From: Anaeramoeba ignava BMAN
Taxonomy: Eukaryota > Protista > Anaeramoebae
DNA: 64,000 nucleotides
NCBI GenBank assembly: GCA_028826165.1
Contig: JAPDFW010000066.1
Coordinates: forward strand, 248,001 to 312,000
Direction of reading: 5' to 3'
The position numbers were made by a program, and so were the translations under genes. Below the pieces are notes generated by a model. That model made no database searches. It was given only the letters and a program-made list of their open reading frames with translations, and was not told where the DNA came from. The first letter of the stretch is position 1. Each line of letters opens with the position of its first letter. Below, in pieces: positions 49,916 through 62,376 of this stretch.

Positions 49916-51515
49916 TTATTTTGACAAATAATTTTCTTGAAGAGCATCATTCAAAACTGTTTCCAAAGTCTCCAAATCGATAGTCATATTATTTCCCTGA
50001 GAATTTCCAAATACTTTCCAATATTCACAACCCGTTGTATGAGCAAGCCAAAATGTAGCACCATTTGTACTTACATATCTGGGTTGGTGAAATTCAATCA
50101 TCATTGGATTAGATAAGCTGAAAATGATATTATAAAAGGCTCCACCATGCAAACCAATAGTAAGTTTTGCACTTGAAAAAAATTTGACCAAATCCTTCAA
50201 ATCTGGGTAATCTTTGTGAGAAAATATCACAAGTCGATCTTTAAATCTTTTTTCAAGATAATTTATTACTTCTTCTTGATTCAAAAGATTTCTTCCGTTA
50301 TGGTTGTTAACTCTTGAGATATAAACTATTTTTTGAGGATCTGGATCTCGATATTCGTCAAAATTATCGGTTTCCAAAATGGATTTTAACAAAAATTGTT
50401 TGAGCTCAGGAAGTTTTCTTGGATGCTCACTGGGGATTCCGCAAGGGAAAAGGAAGTAATCGGCATGAATTGAATCTGAGTAAGTTTCATCGATGATCTC
50501 AACATTAAAATCCTTTTTGATAAAATCATAAAATTTATAAATAATCTCGTCTCTTGGCTTTTTTACGAATATTGTCCAGCCTTTATCCTTGATAAAGGGT
50601 CTAATTTGCATTAAAAAGCAACCGACATGATCGATCCAGTGTTGGAATTCATCAGCCCATTCAGTATTTGCAACGACAAGTTTGTCGAAATGTTTGATAT
50701 TTTCTGTTGGTTTTCCATAATTTGAAAGACGGATACTTTGTTTACATAAAGGAGCTTTTGAAAAACTAAAATCGTAAAGAAAAGAGATCTTTCCAAGCAT
50801 GATATCACTATAATTGAAATATACTTTCCCTTTTTCCTTATCGATCACTTGGTTATATCTTTTTTTCTCAATCGAAATAAATGTGTTAAAACTGCTTTCA
50901 TCCAAAAAATGAGGCGCATCTAAAACAAACGGGTCGTAATGAATATAGTAATCAATTTGAGTGTCGGAAATGTTTTCTTTTGTGATTTTCGGTTGTTTTC
51001 CATGATTTGGTTCTTCGAAAAATTTCAGATCACGTTCATCATAAGTTACATATGGATTTTGATATTGTGAAAAAAGAGTATCAAATTCAAAATCAGGATT
51101 TGTTAGAAAAATTTCCCTTTTTTTTTCTTCTAAATCTTGATTTTTTTGTTTAATTTTTTTTATTTCATCTTCTAATTCTTTAATTTTTTCTTCTAAATCT
51201 TGATTGCTTTGTTTAATTTTTTTTATTTCATCTTCTGATTCCTTGATTTGTTTTAGAAGCACTTGCTTTTCCTCTTTTTCTTGTGCTAATTCTTTCTCCA
51301 GATTGGGTTTTTTTTCTTTGATAAACCCAAATAAAAAAAATTTAATTTAATTCAAAAATCTTATTTTGTTTTAAATAAATTTCCTTACTTGAAAAGACCC
51401 CATAATTTGTGATCCAAAACAACACAAAACATAAAATAGAAAAAAATACAAAAATTAAAAATTTATGATTTTTGATGAGCTGAAAAGAAGTTGATGAATC
51501 ATTTTCGGTTCTCAT
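49916..51515 (-). CDS. Glycosyltransferase family 61 (DUF563), type II membrane protein, 2 exons
   Basis: Exon 1 from ATG 51515 encodes the TM segment FLIFVFFLFYVLCCFG with a GTAAGG donor. Then a coiled-coil stem, FQHWID, IVYISR...RNLLNQEEV, FSSAKLTIGLHGGAFYNIIF and MMIEF. Confidence 0.85.
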
Positions 51516-51544
51516 TTTTTGAAAAGAAAAAAATGAAAAAAAAT

Positions 51545-51770
51545 TTTTTTTTAAATTTTAATTTTATTTTTATTTTAATTTTAATTTTAATTTTAATTTT
51601 ATTTTTAATTTTAATTTTAATTTTAATTTTTAATTTTAAATTTTAATTTTAATTTTAATTTTAATTTTAATTTTAATTTCAATTTTGATTTTGATTTTAA
51701 TTTTAATTTTAATTTTAATTTTAATTTTAATTTTAATTTAAATTTTAATTTTAATTTTAATTTAAATTTT
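51545..51770. repeat. (TTTTAA/TTTTGA)n intergenic microsatellite; similar tracts at ~53605-53710, 57535-57785, 59615-60050 and 61875-62350
   Basis: Visible directly; several tracts are continuous with the NQ-coding tail of RCC1-BTB genes. Confidence 0.9.
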
Positions 51771-53572
51771 AATTTTGATTATTAAATTTATTAATTAATA
51801 AATCAAATAAATTTGGATTTGTTTGATTTAATTGAAAATAATCAATTCCAATTTTAATTTCATTAATTATTTCTTTTGTAATTTGAATTTCATTTTTAAT
51901 TTGATTTGAATAAATCCAATATTCAAATATTTGAAATGATTTATTACTTAATTCACTATAATCTGTAACTTTATTTGATTTATCTTCAGTTACAGATAAA
52001 AACATTCCTCGATATAATTCACTTCTCATTATTAATATTAATTTTGGAAATTTATATTGTTTTTCTTTTCTTTCAATAATAAAATCTTTTTCATTTTCAT
52101 TTTCATTTTCATTTTCATTTAAATAAATTCTTTTCATTGTTTCTTCAATTTTTTCATTTGAATTTATAATTTCTTTAATTTCAGAATATAATTTTGGATT
52201 TATTTTGGAATTGTTTGAATAAACCATTTCAAATATTTGATTTGATTCTTTAATTGATTTTTTTGAAATTATTTCTTGAAGTTTTTCAATTTGATTTTGA
52301 TTTTGTTTTAATCTATATTTCAATATTAATTTATGAGCTTCAATTATTTCTCCATTTTTGGTTTTAAATGAAATATTACAAAATTCTTTTCTTTTAAATA
52401 ATTTTATCAAATCTTCTTCAAGATTGGAAAAAGGAAGAGGAGAATAATAAAGAAATGATCTCGAAACACCACAAGAAACATGATAATAAGAAATATTTTC
52501 ATTAAATCTTAATTTAGGAAGTTTAATTTGAATAGGAATTAATTGATCTATTGTATCTCCAGTTCCTAATTGACCAAAATAATTATATCCAAATCCAATT
52601 AATTTCCCTTTTGTTGTTAAAATCAAAGTATGAGCATTTCCACAAGAAAAATCAATAATATTATCATCATAATCATTTTCAAATAAAGATGATTTTATTT
52701 CAGTAAATTCATAAGTATTTTCATCTTTGCCAAGTCCATTATATCGATAATTTCCACATGAATAAAGTTTTCTTTTTGGATTTTGATTTTGATTTTCTTC
52801 TTCAATCAACATTATTGAATGAAAATATCCAGATTGAATATCAATTATTTTGTCTTTTGGAATATTTTGGATTTTGGTTAATTTTTGGATTTTTTTGTCT
52901 TTTCTTGATTCTCCTAATCCAAGTTGACCATATAGATTATCACCGCATCCAAATAATTCTTGATTTGAATTTAAAAGAAAAACAGAATTTGAAGAAATTC
53001 CTGAAAATATTTTAGAAACATTTTTCATCATTAAAATTGGTTTTTCTGTTTTTTTAAGTGTTCTAAAATCAACACCAAGTTGACTATTTTTATTAGAACC
53101 AATTCCATAAACATTTTGATTTGAAGTTAATAAGTAAATTGATTTAGCTCCAGAAACAATATCTTCAATTATTCTATCATTTGTATCTTTTGATTAATAA
53201 TGAAATATTGATAAATTCTTCTGGATTTTCTGAATTAATATCTTTTCCTTTGGCAAATACATTTCCTTCTTTTGTTAAAATAGCTTCATTTTGATAACCA
53301 ACAGTTACTTTTTGAATATTTTCTTCAATTTGGATTTTTTCAGGATTTTGTTTTGAATCATTTTCATTTAAATATTCTATTGCTTTTCCATTTTTAAAAA
53401 GGAAAATTGTTGAAAATAAACCTGATGAAATTTGTTTAATTTGTTTTTCATTTTCATTTTCATTTTGATTTTCATTTTCAAATTTAAATTGAATTGGTTT
53501 TGTTATTTTATTTGATTCATTTTTGATAAGAATTGGATAATTATTTGAACCAAAAAATATAATTTCATTCAT
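51769..53572 (-). CDS. RCC1-BTB protein copy C, no CaaX; one frameshift ~53190
   Basis: ORFs 53177-53572 and 51769-53031; ends FNNQN*. Confidence 0.85.
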
Positions 53573-53671
53573 TTTTGAAAAGTAAAAAATGAAAAAATGA
53601 ATTTTTTGATTTTGATTTTAATTTTAATTTTAATTTTAATTTTAATTTTAATTTTAATTTTAATTTTAATT

Positions 53672-55528
53672 TTAATTTTGATTTTGATTTTGATTTTGAT
53701 TTTGATTTTGATTATTAAATTTTTTAATTAATAAATCAAATAAATTTGGATATGTTTGATTTAATTGAAAATAATCAATTCCAATTTGAATTTCATTAAT
53801 TATTTCTTGTGTGATTTGAATTTCATCTTTAATTTGATTTGAATAAATCCAATATTCAAATATTTGAAATGATTTATTACTTAATTCACTATAATCTGTA
53901 ACTTTATTAGAAGTATCATTTGTTACAGATAAAAACATTCCTCGATATAATTCACTTCTCATTATTAATATTAATTTAGGAAATTTATATTGTTTTTCTT
54001 TTCTTTCAATTATAAAATCTTTTTCATTTTTATTTTCATTTTCATTTAAATAAATTCTTTTAATTGTTTCTTCTATTTTTTCATTTGAATTTATAATTTC
54101 TTTAATTTCAGAATATAATTTTGGATTTATTTTGGAATTGTTTGAATAAATTATTTCAAATATTTGATTTGATTCTTTAATTGATTTTTTTGAAATTATT
54201 TCTTGAAGTTTTTCATTTTGATTTTGTTTTAATCTATATTTCAATATTAATTTATGAGCTTCAATTATTTCTCCATTTTTGGTTTTAAATGAAATATTGC
54301 AAAATTCTTTTCTTCTAAATAATTTTATCAAATCTTCTTCAAGATTGGAAAAAGGAAGAGGAGAATAATAAAGAAATGAATTCCGATATCCACAAGAAAG
54401 ATGATAATTGGAAATATCTTCATTAAATCTTAATTTAGGAAGTTCAATTTGAATAGGAATTAATTGATAATTTCCATTTATAATCCCTAATTGGCCATGT
54501 CTATTATTACCAAATCCAATCAATTTTGATTTGGAAGTTAAAATCAAGGTATGCCTATTTCCAACAGAAAAATCAAGAATATTATCATCATTTTCAAATA
54601 AATATGATTTGATTTCAGTAAATTCATAAGTATTTTCATTTTTTCCAAGTCCATTATAATGGTAATCTCCACATGAATAAAGTTTTCTTTTTGGATTTTC
54701 ATTTTCATTTTCATTTTCAATCAACATTATTGAATGCATAGATACTGATTGAATATCAATTATTTTGCCTTTTGGAATATTTTGGATTTGTGTTAATTTT
54801 TGGATTTTTGTTTGTTTTCTTGATTCTCCTAATCCAAGTTGACCAGATCCATTATCACCACATCCAAATAATTCTTGATTTGAATTTAAAAGAAAAACAT
54901 GACAAGAAGAATTTCCTGAAAATATTTTAGAAACATTTTTCATCATTAAAATTGGTTTTTCTGTATTTTTAAGTGTTTCAGAATCAAAACCAAGTTGACC
55001 ATAAAAATTACCACCAATTCCATAAGCATTTTGATTTGAAGTTAATAAGTAAATCGAACTCCATCCAGAAACAATATCTTCAATTATTCTATCATTTTTA
55101 TCTTTGATTAATGATGAAATATTGATAAATTCATTTGGATTTTTTGTATTAATATCTCTTCCTTTGGCAAATACATTTCCTTCTTTTGTTAAAATAGCTT
55201 CATTTCGAACATCAGCAGTTACTTTTTGAATATTTTCTTTAATTTGGATTTTTTCAGGATTTTGATTTGAATCTCTTAAATATTCTATTGCTTTTCCATT
55301 TTTAAAAAGGAAAATTGTTGAAAAATCTCCTGTTGAAATTTGTTTAATTTGTTTTTCATTTTCATTTTCATTTTCATTTTCATTTTCATTTTCATTTTCA
55401 TTTTCATTTTCATTTTCATTTTCATTTTCATTTTCAAATTTAAATTGAGTTGGTTTTGTTATTCTATTTGATTTATTTTTGATAAGTTTTGGATTTTTAT
55501 TTCTTCCAAAAAATAAAATTTCATTCAT
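53672..55528 (-). CDS. RCC1-BTB protein copy D, intact, no CaaX
   Basis: Start MNEILFFG at 55528 by comparison with paralogs; ends (NQ)n*. Confidence 0.88.
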   Translation of the reverse strand: MNEILFFGRNKNPKLIKNKSNRITKPTQFKFENENENENENENENENENENENENENEKQIKQISTGDFSTIFLFKNGKAIEYLRDSNQNPEKIQIKENIQKVTADVRNEAILTKEGNVFAKGRDINTKNPNEFINISSLIKDKNDRIIEDIVSGWSSIYLLTSNQNAYGIGGNFYGQLGFDSETLKNTEKPILMMKNVSKIFSGNSSCHVFLLNSNQELFGCGDNGSGQLGLGESRKQTKIQKLTQIQNIPKGKIIDIQSVSMHSIMLIENENENENPKRKLYSCGDYHYNGLGKNENTYEFTEIKSYLFENDDNILDFSVGNRHTLILTSKSKLIGFGNNRHGQLGIINGNYQLIPIQIELPKLRFNEDISNYHLSCGYRNSFLYYSPLPFSNLEEDLIKLFRRKEFCNISFKTKNGEIIEAHKLILKYRLKQNQNEKLQEIISKKSIKESNQIFEIIYSNNSKINPKLYSEIKEIINSNEKIEETIKRIYLNENENKNEKDFIIERKEKQYKFPKLILIMRSELYRGMFLSVTNDTSNKVTDYSELSNKSFQIFEYWIYSNQIKDEIQITQEIINEIQIGIDYFQLNQTYPNLFDLLIKKFNNQNQNQNQNQNQN

Positions 55529-55581
55529 TTTTGAAAAGAAAAAAAAATGAAAAAAATGAAAAAAATAATTTTGGATTTTTA

Positions 55582-57504
55582 TTAAAAAATTAAGCATTTC
55601 TCTTTCGAATTATTGTTTTGATTTTGATTATTAAATCTATTAATTAATAAATCAAATAAATTTGGATATGTTTGATTTAATTGAAAATAATCAATTCCAA
55701 TTTGAATTTCATCAATTATTCCTTGTGTGATTTGAATTTCATCTTTAATTTTATTTGTGTAAATCCAATATTCAAATATTTGAAATGATTTATTACTTAA
55801 TTCACTATAATCTGTAACTTTATTTGATGTATCTTCAGTTACAGATAAAAACATTCCTCGATATAATTCACTTCTCATTATTAATATTAATTTAGGAAAT
55901 TTATATTGTTTTTCTTTTCTTTCAATTATAAAATCTTTTTCATTTTCATTTTCATTTTCATTTAAATAAATTCTTTTAATTGTTTCTTCAATTTTTTCAT
56001 TTGAATTTATAATTTCTTTAATTTCAGAATATAATTTTGGATTTATTTTGGAATTGTTTGAATAAATCATTTCAAATATTTGATTTGATTCTTTAATTGA
56101 TTTTTTTGAAATTATTTCTTGAAGTTTTTCAATTTGATTTTGATTTTGTTTTAATCTATATTTCAATATTAATTTATGAGCTTCAATTATTTCCTCATCT
56201 TCTGTTTTAAATGAAATATCACAAAATTCTTTTCTTTCAAATAATTTTATCAAATCTTCTTCAAGATTGGAAAAAGAAAGAGGAGAATAATAAAGAAATG
56301 AATTGAAATATCCACAAGAAACATGATAATTAGAAATATTTTCATTAAATCTTAATTTAGGAAGTTCAATTTGAATAGGAATTAATTGATCTTTTGTATC
56401 TACAGTTCCTAATTGACCATAAAAATTACTTCCAAATCCAATTAATTTTGAATTGGATGTTAAAATCAAAGTATGAACATTTCCAACAGAAAAATCAAGA
56501 ATATTATCATCATCTTCAAATAAAGATGATTTGATTTCAGTAAATTCATAAGTATCTTCACCTTTGCCAAGTCCATTATGTCGATAATAACCACATGAAT
56601 AAAGTTTTCTTTTTGGATTTTGATTTTGATTTTGATTTTGATTTTGATTTTGATTTTGATTTTGATTTTGATTTTGATTTTGATTTTGATTTTGATTTTG
56701 ATTTTGATTTTCAATCAACATTATTGAATGATCATCTCCACATTGAATATCAATTATTTTACCTTTTGGAATATTTTGGATTTTGGTTAATTTTTGGATT
56801 TCTATTTCATTTCTTGATTCTCCTAATCCAAGTTGACAATAATAATTATATCCGCATCCAAATAATTCTTGATTTGAATTTAAAAGAAAAACAGATTGTG
56901 AAGAGTTTCCTGAAAATATTTTAGAAACATTTTTCATCATTAAAATTGGTTTTTCTGTTTTTGGAAGTGTTTTAGAATCAAAACCAAGTTGACCATCAGT
57001 ATTTGAACCAATTCCATAAACATTTTGATTTGAAGTTAATAAGTAAATTGATTTGGCTCCAGAAACAATATCTTGAATTATTCTATCATTTTTATCTTCA
57101 ATTAATGATGAAATATTGATAAATTTATTTGGATTTTTTGAATTAATATCTCTTCCTTTGGCAAATACATTTCCTTCTTTTGTTAAAATAGCTTCATTTT
57201 GATAACCAACAGTTACTTTTTGAATATTTTCTTCAATTTGGATTTTTTCAGGATTTTGTTTTGAATCATTTTCATTTAAATATTCTATTGCTTTTCCATT
57301 TTTAAAAAGGAAAATTGTTGAAAATAAACTTGATGAAATTTGTTTAATTTGTTTTTCATTTTCATTTTCATTTTCATTTTCATTTTCATTTTCATTTTCA
57401 TTTTCATTTTCAAATTTAAATTGAATTGGTTTTTTTATTTTATCTGGTTTATTTTTGATAAGTTTTGGTTTTCGATTTGCACCAAAAAATAAACAATCAT
57501 TCAT
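55582..57504 (-). CDS. RCC1-BTB protein copy E, intact, CaaX tail
   Basis: 640 aa; ends NSKEKCLIF*. Confidence 0.9.
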   Translation of the reverse strand: MNDCLFFGANRKPKLIKNKPDKIKKPIQFKFENENENENENENENENENEKQIKQISSSLFSTIFLFKNGKAIEYLNENDSKQNPEKIQIEENIQKVTVGYQNEAILTKEGNVFAKGRDINSKNPNKFINISSLIEDKNDRIIQDIVSGAKSIYLLTSNQNVYGIGSNTDGQLGFDSKTLPKTEKPILMMKNVSKIFSGNSSQSVFLLNSNQELFGCGYNYYCQLGLGESRNEIEIQKLTKIQNIPKGKIIDIQCGDDHSIMLIENQNQNQNQNQNQNQNQNQNQNQNQNQNQNQNPKRKLYSCGYYRHNGLGKGEDTYEFTEIKSSLFEDDDNILDFSVGNVHTLILTSNSKLIGFGSNFYGQLGTVDTKDQLIPIQIELPKLRFNENISNYHVSCGYFNSFLYYSPLSFSNLEEDLIKLFERKEFCDISFKTEDEEIIEAHKLILKYRLKQNQNQIEKLQEIISKKSIKESNQIFEMIYSNNSKINPKLYSEIKEIINSNEKIEETIKRIYLNENENENEKDFIIERKEKQYKFPKLILIMRSELYRGMFLSVTEDTSNKVTDYSELSNKSFQIFEYWIYTNKIKDEIQITQGIIDEIQIGIDYFQLNQTYPNLFDLLINRFNNQNQNNNSKEKCLIF

Positions 57505-57741
57505 TTTTGAAAATGAAAAAAATGAAAAATGATTTTTTGATTTTAATTTTAATTTTGATTTTAATTTTGAATTTTAATTTTAATTTTGATTTTAATTTTA
57601 ATTTTGATTTTGAATTTTAATTTGATTTTAATTTTGATTTTGATTTTGATTTTAATTTTAATTTTAATTTTAATTTTAATTTTAATTTTAATTTTAATTT
57701 TAATTTTAATTTTGATTTTAATTTTAATTTTAATTTTGATT

Positions 57742-59586
57742 TTAATTTTGATTTTGATTTTGATTTTGATTTTGATTTTGATTTTGATTATTAAATTTGT
57801 TAATTAATAAATCAAATAAATTTGAATATGTTTGATTTAATTGAAAATAATCAATTCCAATTTGAATTTCATTAATTATTTCTTGTGTGATTTGAATTTC
57901 TTCTTTAATTTTATTTGAATAAATCCAATATTCTAATATTTGAAATGATTTATTACTTAATTCACTATAATCTGTAACTTTATTTGATTTATCATTTGTT
58001 ACAGATAAAAACATTCCTCGATATAATTCACTTCTCATTATTAATATTAATTTGGGAAATTTATATTGTTTTTCTTTTCTTTCAATTATAAAATCTTTTT
58101 CATTTTCATTTAAATAAATTCTTTTAATTGTTTCTTCAATTTTTTCATTTGAATTTATAATTTCTTTAATTTCAGAATATAATTTTGGATTTATTTTGGA
58201 ATTATTTGAATAAATCATTTCAAATATTTGATTTGATTCTTTAATTGATTTTTTTGAAATTATTTCTTCAAGTTTTTCAATTTCATTTTGATTTTCAATT
58301 TGATTTAATCTATATTTCAATATTAATTTATGAGCTTCAATTATTTCTCCATTTTCGGTTTTAAATGAAATATCACAAAATTCTTTTCTTTTAAATAATT
58401 TTATCAAATCTTCTTCAAGATTGGAAAAAGAAAGAGGAGAATAATAAAGAAATGAATTGTAATATCCACAAGAAAGATGATAATTGGAAATATTTTCATT
58501 AAATCTTAATTTAGGAAGTTCAATTTGAATTGGAATTAATTGATCTTTTGTATCTACAGTTCCTAATTGACCATAAAAATTACTTCCAAATCCTATTAAT
58601 TTTGAATTGGAAGTTAAAATCAAAGTATGATTATTTCCAACAGAAAAATCAAGAATATCATCATTTTCAAATAAAGATGATTTGATTTCAGTAAATTCAT
58701 AAGCATTATGAAATATTTCAAGTCCATTAAATCTATAATAACCACATGAATAAAGTTTTCTTTTTGGATTTTGATTTTGATTTTGATTTTGATTTTCAAT
58801 CAACATTATTGAATGATCATCTCCACATTGAATATCAATTATTTTACCTTTTGGAATATTTTGGATTTTGGTTAATTTTTGGATTTTTGTTTCATTTCTT
58901 GATTCTCCTAATCCAAGTTGACCATGATGATTATCTCCGCATCCAAATAATTCTTGATTTGAATTTAAAAGAAAAACAGAATTTGAAGAAATTCCTGAAA
59001 ATATTTTAGAAACATTTTTCATCATTAAAATTGGTTTTTCTGTTTTTGGAAGTGTTTTAGAATCAAAACCAAGTTGACCATCAGTATTAGAACCAATTCC
59101 ATAAACATTTTGATTTGAAGTTAATAAGTAAATCGATTCAGATCCAGAAACAATATCTTGAATTATTCTATCATTTTTATCTTCAATTAATGATGAAATA
59201 TTGATAAATTCTTTTGGATTTTCTGGATTAATATCTTTTCCTTTGGCAAATACATTTCCTTCTTTTGTTAAAATAGCTTCATTCTTTTCACCAACAGTTA
59301 CTTTTTGAATATTTTCAATTTGGATTTTTTCAGGATTTTGTTTTGAATATTCTTCATTTAAATATTCTATTGCTTTTCCATTTTTAAAAAGGAAAATTGT
59401 TCCAAAATAACTTGATGAAATTTGTTTAATTTGTTTTTCATTTTCATTTTCATTTTCATTTTCATTTTCATTTTCATTTTCATTTTCATTTTCAAATTTA
59501 AATTGAATTGGTTTTGTTATTTTATTTGATTTATTTTTGATAAGTTTTGGTTTTCGATTTGCACCAAAAAATAAACAATCATTCAT
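57742..59586 (-). CDS. RCC1-BTB protein copy F, intact, no CaaX
   Basis: 614 aa; ends (NQ)n*. Confidence 0.9.
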   Translation of the reverse strand: MNDCLFFGANRKPKLIKNKSNKITKPIQFKFENENENENENENENENENEKQIKQISSSYFGTIFLFKNGKAIEYLNEEYSKQNPEKIQIENIQKVTVGEKNEAILTKEGNVFAKGKDINPENPKEFINISSLIEDKNDRIIQDIVSGSESIYLLTSNQNVYGIGSNTDGQLGFDSKTLPKTEKPILMMKNVSKIFSGISSNSVFLLNSNQELFGCGDNHHGQLGLGESRNETKIQKLTKIQNIPKGKIIDIQCGDDHSIMLIENQNQNQNQNPKRKLYSCGYYRFNGLEIFHNAYEFTEIKSSLFENDDILDFSVGNNHTLILTSNSKLIGFGSNFYGQLGTVDTKDQLIPIQIELPKLRFNENISNYHLSCGYYNSFLYYSPLSFSNLEEDLIKLFKRKEFCDISFKTENGEIIEAHKLILKYRLNQIENQNEIEKLEEIISKKSIKESNQIFEMIYSNNSKINPKLYSEIKEIINSNEKIEETIKRIYLNENEKDFIIERKEKQYKFPKLILIMRSELYRGMFLSVTNDKSNKVTDYSELSNKSFQILEYWIYSNKIKEEIQITQEIINEIQIGIDYFQLNQTYSNLFDLLINKFNNQNQNQNQNQNQNQN

Positions 59587-60016
59587 TTTTGAAAAAGAAA
59601 AAAATGAAAAATGATTTTTTGATTTTAATTTTAATTTTGATTTTAATTTTGAATTTTAATTTTGATTTTGATTTTAATTTTAATTTTAATTTTAATTTTA
59701 ATTTTAATTTTGATTTTGATTTTGATTTTAATTTTGATTTTAATTTTAATTTTAATTTTAATTTTAATTTTAATTTTAATTTTAATTTTGATTTTGATTT
59801 TGATTTTAATTTTGATTTTGATTTTGATTTTGGTTTTAATTTTAATTTTAATTTTAATTTTAATTTTAATTTTAATTTTAATTTTAATTTTGATTTTAAT
59901 TTTAATTTTAATTTTGATTTTAATTTTGATTTTGATTTTGATTTTGATTTTGAATTTTAATTTTGATTTTAATTTTAATTTTAATTTTGATTTTAATTTT
60001 AATTTTAATTTTGATT

Positions 60017-61844
60017 TTAATTTTGATTTTGATTTTGATTTTGATTTTGATTATTAAATTTGTTAATTAATAAATCAAATAAATTTGGATATGTTTGATT
60101 TAATTGAAAATAATCAATTCCAATTTGAATTTCATTAATTATTTCTTGTGTGATTTGAATTTCTTCTTTAATTTTATTTGAATAAATCCAATATTCTAAT
60201 ATTTGAAATGATTTATTACTTAATTCACTATAATCTGTAACTTTATTTGATTTATCATTTGTTACAGATAAAAACATTCCTCGATATAATTCACTTCTCA
60301 TTATTAATATTAATTTAGGAAATTTATATTGTTTTTCTTTTCTTTCAATAATAAAATCTTTTTCATTTTCATTTTCATTTTCATTTAAATAAATTCTTTT
60401 AATTGTTTCTTCAATTTTTTCATTGGAATTTATAATTTCTTTAATTTCAAAATATAATTTTGGATTTATTTTGGAATTGTTTGAATAAATCATTTCAAAT
60501 ATTTGATTTGATTCTTTAATTGATTTTTTTGAAATAATTTCTTGAAGTTTTTCAATTTCATTTTGATTTTCAATTTGATTTAATCTATATTTCAATATTA
60601 ATTTATGAGCTTCAATTATTTCCTCATCTTCTGTTTTAAATGAAATATTACAAAATTCTTTTCTTTCAAATAATTTTATCAAATCTTCTTCAAGATTAGA
60701 AAAAGGAGGAGGAGAATAATAAAGAAATGAATGCAAACCACCACAAGAAACATGATAATTGAAAATATCTTCATTAAATCTTAATTTAGGAAGTTCAATT
60801 TGAATTGGAATTAATTGATCTATTGTATCTCCAGTTCCTAATTGACCATATTCATTATATCCAAATCCTATCAATTTTGAATTGGATGTTAAAATCAAAG
60901 TATGAACATTTCCAACAGAAAAATCAAGAATATTATCATTATCATTTTCAAATAAATATGATTTGATTTCAGTAAATTCATAAGTATTTTCACCTTTGCC
61001 AAGTCCATTAAATTTAGAATATCCACATGAATAAAGTTTTCTTTTTGGATTTTCATTTTCATTTTCATTTTCAATCAACATTATTGAAAAAGAAATTCCA
61101 GATTTAATATCAATTATTTTGCCTTTTGGAATATTTTGGATTTTGGTTAATTTATTGATTACTCTTTCTTCTTTTCTTGATTCTCCTAATCCAAGTTGAC
61201 TAAAATAATTCCAGCCACATCCAAATAATTCTTGATTTGAATTTAAAAGAAAAACGTGTTTTGAAGAAATTCCTGAAAATATTTTAGAAACATTTTTCAT
61301 CATTAAAATTGGTTTTTTTGTTTTTTTAAGTGTTTTAGAATCAAAACCAAGTTGACCATCAGTATTAGAACCAATTCCATAAGCATTTTGATTTGAAGTT
61401 AATAAGTAAATCGATTCAGATCCAGAAACAATATCTTGAATTATTCTATCATTTTTATCTTCAATTAATGATGAAATATTGATAAATTTATTTGGATTTT
61501 TTGAATTAATATCATATTCCTTTTGCAAATACATTTCCTTCTTTTGTTAAAATAGCTTCATTCTTTTCACCAACAGTTACTTTTTGAATATTTTCTTCAA
61601 TTTGAATTTTTTCAGGATTTTGATTTGAATCATTTTCATTTAAATATTCTATTGCTTTTCCATTTTTAAAAAGGAAAATTGTTGAAAAATAACCTGTTGA
61701 AATTTGTTTAATTTGTTTTTTATTTTCATTTTCATTTTCATTTTCATTTTCAAATTTAAATTGAATTGGTTTTTTTATTTTATTTGGTTTATTTTTGAAA
61801 AGTTTTGGATATTGATTTAAACCAAAAAATAAAATTTCATTCAT
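60017..61844 (-). CDS. RCC1-BTB protein copy G, no CaaX; one frameshift ~61520
   Basis: Start MNEILFFG at 61844, continuing in ORF 60017-61534. Confidence 0.85.
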
Positions 61845-62376
61845 TTTTAAAAAGAAAAAAATGAAAAAATGATTTTTTGGTTTTGGTTTTAATTTGAATT
61901 TTAATTTTAATTTTAATTTTAATTTTAATTTTAATTTTGATTTTAATTTTAATTTTAATTTTGATTTTAATTTTAATTTTAATTTTAATTTCAATTTTAA
62001 TTTTGATTTTAATTTTAATTTTAATTTTAATTTTGATTTTAATTTTGATTTTGATTTAAATTTTAATTTTGATTTTAATTTTAATTTTGATTTTAATTTT
62101 AATTTTAATTTTAATTTTGATTTTAATTTTAATTTTAATTTTAATTTTAATTTTGATTTTAATTTTAATTTTAATTTTAATTTTAATTTTAATTTTAATT
62201 TTAATTTTAATTTTGATTTTAATTTTGATTTTAATTTTAATTTTAATTTTGATTTTAATTTTAATTTTAATTTTAATTTTGATTTTAATTTTGATTTTGA
62301 TTTAAATTTTGATTTTAATTTTAATTTTAATTTTGATTTTGATTTTGATTATTAAATTTTAAATTTTGGAATTTTA

